A stretch of 32,000 nt of DNA from Gemmata obscuriglobus (GTDB taxonomy: Bacteria; Planctomycetota; Planctomycetia; Gemmatales; Gemmataceae), in NCBI RefSeq assembly GCF_008065095.1, contig NZ_CP042911.1, forward strand, positions 360,001 through 392,000. Direction: 5' to 3'. Of the stretch, positions 1 to 6,245 are shown in pieces. The notes beneath the pieces were generated by a model that searched no databases, was not told where the DNA came from, and saw only the letters and a list, made by a program, of their open reading frames with translations. Each line of letters starts with the position of its first letter. Position 1 is the stretch's first letter. The position numbers and the translations under genes were made by a program.

Positions 1-413
1 GTGTTCGTTTCTTGTGGCACAGACACTCTTCAGCAGTTGCCACGGTGGTTGAGCGGCGCGGTTTCGGTGACAATGGGTTGTGCTGCCAACCCATTGAGCG
101 GAGTTCGCCATGCGCCGTTCCCGATGTACCGCCGTCGCGGTGCGGAGCCAACACGCCTGGGCGGGGCGTTGGCCGACGTGCTGCACCGGACCGACGGCCC
201 GTCGGTGACCCGGGTGGCGGTGGCCCGGTGCCGGGTCATCGGCACACACTGGGGCTCACCGGGATGCGCCCCGGCGACACATCCGACACCCGGTGTACCG
301 GCTGCTGTTGGTCAGGGTGAGCCTGCGGATCCGCGCGTGGTGGATGACCGGAGGCACCGGTGCACGCGCCACCACCTGCTGGGACCCCATCACCAGAACC
401 ACGCGACCCGGCG

Positions 414-1832
414 TCACTTCGCGTCGGTCGAGCCGAGTTCCTTGCGCAGCGCCGCCATCTTCTCCTGAAGCTCCTTCACCGTCCCCTGGAACGCCGGCCG
501 GTTCGCGAGGTTCACCCGCTCCTCGGGGTCTTTCTCCAGGTCGTACAACTCGTAAGCGTCTTTGAACTTGAACGGCGGGTCGTAGTAGTGGATCAGCTTC
601 CACTTCGTGGTGCGGACGCCGCGCTGCTTCTCCACGTTGTGCGACGGGTCCGGGAACTCGAAGTACTCGTAGTACCAGGCCTCGCGCGGGGCCATTTCCG
701 GCGGCAGCGGTCCCGCCGGGGGCAGGCGCGCGAACGGTAAGACGCTCCGCCCCTGCATCGCCTTCGGCGGCGCCCCGCCCGCCAACTCCAGCACCGTCGG
801 CGCGATGTCGGGGTTGATGACCATCGCACCCGGCTGTGAGCCGGGCGGCACGCAGTCCTTCGCCAGCGCCTTGGGGACCTTTAACAGCAGCGGGACGCGG
901 ACCGACGGCTCGTGCATGAACCGCTTGTCGAACCGCTGCCACTCGCCCAGGAAGAAGCCGTTGTCGGACGTGTACATCACCGCGGTGGTGTCCGCGATCT
1001 TCTGCTCGTCCAGCGTGTTCAGCACCTTGCCGACGTTGTCGTCCACGCCGGTGATGCACCGCGCGTAGTCGCGGATCATGCCGTCGTAGTCCTTGGTGTC
1101 CGGGTACTGCCCGATCATGTTGGCGGCCTGGAGGAACGCCCGCGGCTTGCCTTGCCCGGGGTCGTCCCAGAGGGCCGGCTTTTTCACCGCCGCGCCGGCG
1201 TACAGGTCCTTGTGCCGCGCCGCCGGCTGCCACGCCCGGTGCGGCGATTTGAAGAACAGGAACAGCGCGAACGGCTTGGCGCGGGGCTTCTTCACCCACG
1301 CGAGCGCCTTGTCGGTGACCACGTCGTCGATCCAGCCGTCGTAAGGTTTGTCGGGGCCGATCTTCCCGTCCGGCCCGCTCTCCGCGATCAGGGGCTTCAG
1401 GTAGTTGCCCTGCCCCTGGAAGCCGAAGTAGTAGTCCCACGTCTTGTCGCGGAAGTGACCCGGAACGTGTGACTTCCCGCAGAACGCCACCTCGTACCCG
1501 AGCTTCCGCAGCTCGTCGGGGAGCCACGGGGCGTTGGGGTTGAGCGTCGTGCCCATGTTGTCGCGGACGCCGTTGAGGTGCGAATACTGACCGGTCATCA
1601 GGGTCGCACGGCTCGGGGCGCACAGCGCGTTCGTCACGAACGCGTTCGTGTAGCGAAAGCCCTCCTTCGCGATCCGGTCCATGTTGGGCGTTTTCAGGAA
1701 CGGGTGCCCGGCGCACGACATGTAGTCGTGCCGCTGGTCGTCGGTCATCATGACGACGATGTTCGGCCGGTCGGCCGCGAGCGCGGGTGCCGCAAGCACC
1801 ACGAGCGCGAGTGCGGGCAGGATCGAGCGCAT
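414..1832 (-). CDS. Secreted S1-family sulfatase (arylsulfatase / N-acetylglucosamine-6-sulfatase-like)
   Basis: 472-aa ORF. N-terminal signal peptide MRSILPALALVVLAAPALAA. Metal-binding start NIVVMMTDDQRHD. Formylglycine signature C-x-P-x-R in NALCAPSRATLMTGQ. Full-length sulfatase-like sequence. Confidence 0.93.
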   Translation of the reverse strand: MRSILPALALVVLAAPALAADRPNIVVMMTDDQRHDYMSCAGHPFLKTPNMDRIAKEGFRYTNAFVTNALCAPSRATLMTGQYSHLNGVRDNMGTTLNPNAPWLPDELRKLGYEVAFCGKSHVPGHFRDKTWDYYFGFQGQGNYLKPLIAESGPDGKIGPDKPYDGWIDDVVTDKALAWVKKPRAKPFALFLFFKSPHRAWQPAARHKDLYAGAAVKKPALWDDPGQGKPRAFLQAANMIGQYPDTKDYDGMIRDYARCITGVDDNVGKVLNTLDEQKIADTTAVMYTSDNGFFLGEWQRFDKRFMHEPSVRVPLLLKVPKALAKDCVPPGSQPGAMVINPDIAPTVLELAGGAPPKAMQGRSVLPFARLPPAGPLPPEMAPREAWYYEYFEFPDPSHNVEKQRGVRTTKWKLIHYYDPPFKFKDAYELYDLEKDPEERVNLANRPAFQGTVKELQEKMAALRKELGSTDAK

Positions 1833-2109
1833 ATCGACTCCGGGAACCGTAATCAGGGCCGCTGCGGTTGTTCAGGGGCGGTGCCCGTGCCACCTGCTCC
1901 GATGCGGCGAGCCCGAGTGTATCGCGGCGCGAGCCGGGGCACACGGCGAATCGCTTTTTCGCCCGTTGTGTGGAAGGAGTTGGTTCGGTGCTTCGACGGC
2001 GAAAGTGCAAGAGCGTCGCGGTGAGGTGCCCGGCTGGCGGTACGCCCGCGGGTGTCGCGCGGAGAACGGACCGGGCGCCGGCCGCGAGCACTCCGCGGCC
2101 GGAGGAAGT

Positions 2110-2274
2110 TCACTTCTTCGGGGCCGGGAGGCGGCCGCCCTTCTTGGCTCCGGCGCCGGAGTCCTGAACCGGTGGCGCGTTCACACCGGCTGCCGGTGCC
2201 GGGTCGGAGCCGCCGCACCCGGACAGAGCGGCCGCGCCGACCACACACGCGAGAACTAGTAAAGCCGTCCTCAT
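2110..2274 (-). CDS. Small putative lipoprotein (54 aa)
   Basis: Internal ATG (reverse-complement cat at 2272-2274) of ORF 2110..2343 gives MRTALLVLACVVGAAALSGCGG, a signal peptide with a lipobox (LSGC). The rest is low-complexity G/A/P/K. It lies downstream of the DUF1559 gene on the same strand. Confidence 0.5.
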   Translation of the reverse strand: MRTALLVLACVVGAAALSGCGGSDPAPAAGVNAPPVQDSGAGAKKGGRLPAPKK

Positions 2275-2311
2275 AGCGTCGTCTCGAAAGGAGCAATACG
2301 GAAACGAAATA

Positions 2312-2340
2312 CCGCCCCGTGGCCCGATGCCACGGGGCGG
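2312..2340 (-). terminator. Hairpin after the DUF1559 gene (candidate intrinsic terminator)
   Basis: ccgccccgtgg (2312-2322) and ccacggggcgg (2330-2340) form a perfect 11-bp inverted repeat with a 7-nt loop. On the minus strand it is followed by TATTTCGTTTCC, a partly U-rich tract. It starts about 16 nt after the stop at 2356. Confidence 0.5.
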
Positions 2341-2355
2341 CACGAGCGGTTACAC

Positions 2356-3294
2356 TTAGTTCAAGGTGAACACTTCGCCGCCGGACCGCGTCGAGAGCAT
2401 CGGCAGGATGCCGTTGTTCGCATACGTGACCATCCGGGCCGACCCGTCGGCCATCAGGAACTGTGACCCGGCCCCGTGGAAGCTCCAGTAGTGGGCCGCG
2501 TCACACCCGACGTTCGGGTTACCACGTTGGAGCCCGACCTTGAGAGACATGTTCGTCGTGTCACAGCCGTAACTACCGTTGAAGTAGTTCGCGATGGCGA
2601 CATCGTTCGAGGTCATCACGCAGTCGCCGTTGCCCCGGCCGTCGTACCCGTAGGCTGCGAACCACCACCCGAACTCCAGGTTCGAGTTCGGCGGCCGCTC
2701 GCCGACCAGGAGGGTGTTGCTGGTCCCGTCCGTGATCCCCACCAGCGTGATCTTCGAGCCCATGTACAGCACCCCGTCGTTGGACGTCGAGGTGGTGCCG
2801 GAGTTCCCCAGGTACCCGGTCAGCGCCTGGTCGACGTTGAGGCCGGCGGACGCGCCGGGGTACGACACCGGGCCGCGCGAGTCGGCCGGGCACGTGTACA
2901 GCTTCATCTTCAGGGCCGCGGTCGGGTTGTTCCAGGAGTACGTGTTCGACGCGGTCTGCCAGGCTTTCGCCTGCTTGTAGGCGTTGTCCTGCTCCATGTA
3001 CGGCAGGATGTAGCCCTGCCACGACCACGCCCCCTCGTACGGGGACACGCCGGCGTTCGCCCACGGCGACTGGCCCTGCGGGAGCGCCTGGTTGGCGTCG
3101 TGGAACGCGTGCAGCGCGATCCCCATCTGCTTCAGGTTGTTGATGCACTGGGTGCGGGCCGCGGCCTCGCGCACCTTCTGCACGGCGGGCAGCAGCAGCC
3201 CGATCAAAATGGCAATGATGGCGATAACGACCAACAGCTCGATCAGCGTGAACCCGGCGCGACGGCGCCCATTCCTTGAAAAGGAACGATTCAT
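2356..3294 (-). CDS. DUF1559 / H-X9-DG protein with prepilin-type N-terminal cleavage/methylation domain
   Basis: Start moved to the internal ATG (cat at 3292-3294), giving [45 protein letters not shown], the classic type IV pilin-like leader and hydrophobic helix. C-terminal [12 protein letters not shown] matches H-X9-DG. This family is massively expanded in Planctomycetes. Confidence 0.9.
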   Translation of the reverse strand: MNRSFSRNGRRRAGFTLIELLVVIAIIAILIGLLLPAVQKVREAAARTQCINNLKQMGIALHAFHDANQALPQGQSPWANAGVSPYEGAWSWQGYILPYMEQDNAYKQAKAWQTASNTYSWNNPTAALKMKLYTCPADSRGPVSYPGASAGLNVDQALTGYLGNSGTTSTSNDGVLYMGSKITLVGITDGTSNTLLVGERPPNSNLEFGWWFAAYGYDGRGNGDCVMTSNDVAIANYFNGSYGCDTTNMSLKVGLQRGNPNVGCDAAHYWSFHGAGSQFLMADGSARMVTYANNGILPMLSTRSGGEVFTLN

Positions 3295-3493
3295 GACGAG
3301 TCTCCGCGAGCCACGCGTCGAAGGGAGAAGAATGACGGCGCGGCTCGACCCACCGGCGTTGAACCGGCAGACTAGGGTAAGAAAGATTGGACTGTTGAGC
3401 GATGAGAGAGCGGGCTTCACCACGAGACGCGAGTATGCCTCGGGTAATAACCAAATCTACACGAACTGATCGGCATGTCCAGCGACTTAACTT

Positions 3494-3522
3494 TTTTAAT
3501 TTTTGCGTGGTGTTGATGTTAA
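3494..3522 (-). promoter_or_regulatory. Candidate sigma70-like promoter for the DUF1559 gene
   Basis: The minus strand reads TTAACA (3522-3517), a 17-nt spacer, then TTAAAA (3499-3494). It sits inside the only strongly AT-rich patch upstream of the gene. Planctomycete promoter consensus is poorly known, so this is only a pattern match. Confidence 0.2.
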
Positions 3523-3776
3523 CGAAAGGTGAGAGCGGACCCGGGCGCACCCGTGACGCCGCTCGCCGGGGCCGTGCCCGTCGGCGCGTTACCGCCGCGC
3601 GTTCTGCCGCCAACCGCCCCAACGCCCCGCCTGGATAGACGCGTTCGCCAGGTAAGATCGGTATGGCTGTACGACATAATAGGCGCCAGATTGATAGTGG
3701 CTTTAGGGCCGTTCGGGGCCGAACGCACATCAGAACGCCGTGCCTTTGTCTCGTGCCCTCCTGCCAAATCCAGTCG

Positions 3777-3885
3777 TTTCACGTTCCAGGCTTCCAGTTC
3801 CACGTGAGGCTAAAAGGCACACGAATGTGTCCGGAGCTTGTACCGAGTCGGTTCCCACTTGGCACTTGGAACCTGGAACGTGAAA
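3777..3885. repeat. Composite palindrome, type 3 (TGGAAC/CACTTGG heptads)
   Basis: The left arm is 3777-3806 (tttcacgttccaggcttccagttccacgtg). The right arm is 3856-3885 (cacttgg cacttgg aacctgg aacgtga aa). The reverse complement of the left arm matches the right arm at 25/30 positions by hand, and the last 14 nt are perfect. The loop is 49 nt. Confidence 0.7.
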
Positions 3886-4131
3886 TAACGGAGGTCACAA
3901 GCCGACGGTGCGTATCGCCAGCCTGCACATGTGTCGGAATTTACATAATTAATCGACGATGATGATGTAAATGTAACGCAACTGGCTAAGCCTATATGCT
4001 GGTGCTTTAGTGCGGCACATGGGGCTTTCCATATACACGCCGGCTGTCTGCATTATCACTCGCGAGATGCACGGCAATCGTTGGCTGGCAAATAACATAT
4101 ATAAATTGTCAAATACTGCGTGATTGATGCG

Positions 4132-4177
4132 ACATGACGTGCGGTGCCGCTGGCCGGAACCGCACGTCATGTTCCGG
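4132..4177 (+). other. Perfect 14-bp hairpin with an overlapping alternative stem
   Basis: acatgacgtgcggt (4132-4145) pairs perfectly with accgcacgtcatgt (4159-4172) across a 13-nt loop. ccggaac (4154-4160) can alternatively pair with gttccgg (4171-4177). The two stems are mutually exclusive. Confidence 0.6.
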
Positions 4178-4310
4178 CACCTGCGCCGTGCCCGACGTGG
4201 GAACCGCACTCGGGCGGCTGGCGCACACTCGTTCTTCACAACTTCTGAACGCCGCGCGCGATACACTGCCGCTGGCAGTACCGGTGTATTCGACAACGAG
4301 GCGGTAATTG

Positions 4311-4814
4311 ATGCGGGCTTGCACGACGATTTGCTGCGCTGGGACAACGGTTGTTGCGATGATTCTTTCGGCCGGTTGCGGCTCCAAGCCGGGCGCGCCG
4401 ACCGCGGCCGGGAAGGCGGTCGAGGGCCACGGAGCTGGCGAACCGAAGCCGAGCGGTACGGTCGCGGACCAGAAGGCAAGCGTGAGCGAGACCAAGAAGG
4501 CGTTTCTCGATCAAAAGAAAGAGGTGCCCGCTAAAAAAGAGTGGACACGGGAGATCACGTCCCGGCGCGGCGGTACGGTCACGTTCCGGATCACCGCACC
4601 AGGGCCGTTCGCCGCGTCCGTTGTGACGGACCGCGGCTATAAGGCGCTCCAGAGCGGACAAAAAGGCAACAAGGCAGACCTTTTGCTGACGGTCGACTCG
4701 AAAGAGCCGGTACTCGAGATGTCGCTGACCGTTCCCGCCGGATCGTCGTGGTTTATCATCGAAAACCAAACCGACCAAGCGGCCGAGATCCGGCTCGAAT
4801 GTTTCGAGCCGTGA
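4311..4814 (+). CDS. Hypothetical lipoprotein (167 aa)
   Basis: An ATG at 4311 follows gaggcgg. MRACTTICCAGTTVVAMILSAGCGSK is a signal peptide with a lipobox (LSAGC). The mature part has normal composition and GC-rich third codon positions by eye. I recognise no family. Confidence 0.65.
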   Translation: MRACTTICCAGTTVVAMILSAGCGSKPGAPTAAGKAVEGHGAGEPKPSGTVADQKASVSETKKAFLDQKKEVPAKKEWTREITSRRGGTVTFRITAPGPFAASVVTDRGYKALQSGQKGNKADLLLTVDSKEPVLEMSLTVPAGSSWFIIENQTDQAAEIRLECFEP

Positions 4815-4837
4815 CGGGCAGCCGTTTCGAGCGGTGT

Positions 4838-4892
4838 GCGCCCCATCCCTCCGCGACCGCGCCGCCGGCACGGTCGCGGAGGGATGGGGCGC
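4838..4892. terminator. Perfect 22-bp GC-rich hairpin between convergent genes
   Basis: gcgccccatccctccgcgaccg (4838-4859) and cggtcgcggagggatggggcgc (4871-4892) are exact reverse complements with an 11-nt loop. It lies between the lipoprotein stop (4814) and the Rrf2 stop (4923). No U-tract on either side. Confidence 0.6.
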
Positions 4893-4922
4893 GTTGAACC
4901 GTCCGCCCGCGCCGAGCTGGGT

Positions 4923-5387
4923 TCACTCGCTCGCCCGCAGGCGAAGGGTTTGCACCGCCCCGGTCCCGTCGCACAGCGGGACGCTGTTGCTGGTCGGGTC
5001 CGCCAGCACCTCCGCCAGCGTGCTGCCGCGGAACGCCTCCTCCACCAGCGCCATCGCGGCGTCCATCCGCTTGTGCAGCGGGCACAGGTTCGGCCCGTGG
5101 TTCGGCAGGTTCAGGGGGCAGGTGGTGATGCGCTCGATCGGCTCCACCGCGTTCACCACATCCAGGATCGTCAGGTCATGAGGCGATTTCGTAAGCGATA
5201 CGCCGCCGCCGACGCCCCGCTGCGTGTCCACGATGCCTTTTTTCGCAAGTCCCTGAAGGATCTTCGATAAATAGTCTTTGGGCACCTGCGTGGCCTCGGC
5301 GATCTGCGCCGTCGTCCGGGCCTTTGGCGCCTCGTGGGCCAAATGGACCACCGCCCGTAGCGCGTACTCCACCGTTCGCGAGAACAT
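4923..5387 (-). CDS. Rrf2-family transcriptional regulator
   Basis: 154 aa. The N-terminal winged-helix sequence MFSRTVEYALRAVVHLAH...TTAQIAEATQVPKDYLSKILQGLAKKGIVDTQRGVGGGVSL is typical Rrf2. Cys residues in TTCPL, NLCPLH and PLCDG are possible Fe-S ligands. Confidence 0.9.
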   Translation of the reverse strand: MFSRTVEYALRAVVHLAHEAPKARTTAQIAEATQVPKDYLSKILQGLAKKGIVDTQRGVGGGVSLTKSPHDLTILDVVNAVEPIERITTCPLNLPNHGPNLCPLHKRMDAAMALVEEAFRGSTLAEVLADPTSNSVPLCDGTGAVQTLRLRASE

Positions 5388-5523
5388 CCGCGGCCCCCGT
5401 CAGTGCACTACTCCCGACACATTCTCACTATAACCCACTGGACCGCAATCGAAAAATAGGATAAAAGACTCCTGTTTCCTCTCTGCACGGAGTTACGTGC
5501 CGAGCACTCTCCCGGAGCGAGTC

Positions 5524-6096
5524 ATGACGAAGATCGACGAACCGCGGTTGGAATCGGACCTCGGGTACCGGTTCGGCTACGTCGCGGGGTTCATGGGGTT
5601 CGGCCCCGACGACATCGCCGCCATTCACGGCGCCGCGCCGCTGCTGGCGCCGCTGGTGCCGGGGCTCGTGGACGCCGTGTACGATAAGCTGTTTCAGCAG
5701 GACGCGACGTGGCGCCACTTCCTTCCGCGCCAGTACGGGTACGACGGCAACGTGCCGGACACGCTCGAACACCTCAGAATGGATCACGCGCAGATCACCT
5801 TCCGCAAGCAGCACCTGGGGCGCTACCTCGCGGCGCTGGTGACCCGGCCCTACGACGCCAAGATGGTCGAGTACCTCGACATGGTGGGCAAGATGCACAC
5901 CCCGAAGGCCGGGAGCAAGGAGCTGAACGTGCCGTTGGTGCAGATGAACGCCTTGATGGGCTTTGTGAGCGACGCGCTGACCGCAACGGTTCTCGGGCTC
6001 AACTTGCCGCGCGACACCGAGGCGAGGACCCTTCGCGCGTTCGGCAAGCTGCTGTGGATTCAGAACGACCTGATCACCAGGCACTACCAAGGGTAA
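5524..6096 (+). CDS. Protoglobin-type globin domain protein
   Basis: The ORF opens with GTG at 5497; I prefer the ATG at 5524. It has the length and layout of single-domain protoglobins. A candidate proximal-His region is YLDMVGKMH. The C-terminal FGKLLWIQNDLITRHY resembles the protoglobin C-terminal helix. It is divergent from the Rrf2 gene. Confidence 0.78.
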   Translation: MTKIDEPRLESDLGYRFGYVAGFMGFGPDDIAAIHGAAPLLAPLVPGLVDAVYDKLFQQDATWRHFLPRQYGYDGNVPDTLEHLRMDHAQITFRKQHLGRYLAALVTRPYDAKMVEYLDMVGKMHTPKAGSKELNVPLVQMNALMGFVSDALTATVLGLNLPRDTEARTLRAFGKLLWIQNDLITRHYQG

Positions 6097-6097
6097 T

Positions 6098-6242
6098 GTG
6101 GAATCCGGAATGCGGAATTCGGAATTGAAGACAAGAGGCAGAGCGAACCGCGCCCGACGCGGGCGGAAATGCGGAACGCGGAATTGAAGCGAGGGCGAAC
6201 CCTCTGTCTTCAATTCCGCGTTCCGAATTCCGCGTTCCGAAC
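6098..6242. repeat. Family-1 composite palindrome (CGGAAT heptads), copy A, 1.5-copy nested form
   Basis: The two left-type arms are 6098-6138 (..ggaatgcggaattcggaattgaagacaagagg) and 6164-6195 (cggaaatgcggaacgcggaattgaagcgaggg). The single right arm is 6201-6242 (cctctgtcttcaattccgcgttccgaattccgcgttccgaac). cggaacgcggaattgaag pairs 18/18 with the right arm. It fills the gap between the protoglobin stop (6096) and the secDF stop (6246). Confidence 0.85.
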
Positions 6243-6245
6243 TTC

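Noticed and set aside
1-413. ORFs 1..468 (+), 12..320 (+) and 30..245 (-), and a caatgggtt/aacccattg hairpin at 71-96. I considered these as a possible gene end at the window edge.
   Set aside because: No frame gives a recognisable protein. The 1..468 frame would overlap the sulfatase 3' end by 55 nt. The region is left unannotated; it may be the tail of a gene outside the window.
2356-3423. N-terminal extensions offered by the ORF track for several genes: 2356..3423, 2110..2343, 12880..13869, 14675..15268, 16040..16537, 21959..23329, 28236..29633 and 29555..29938.
   Set aside because: Family-typical N-termini begin at internal starts (prepilin leader, lipoprotein signal, DUF2071 start, EgtD start overlapping the egtB stop, and others). 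The extensions cover intergenic repeats or the upstream gene and have atypical composition.
5388-5523. I looked for an IscR/NsrR-type inverted-repeat operator in the Rrf2/protoglobin intergenic region.
   Set aside because: Only short 4-7 bp imperfect dyads are present (agga..tcct; gtcagtg..cactggac) near an AT-rich patch. That is not enough to call a binding site.
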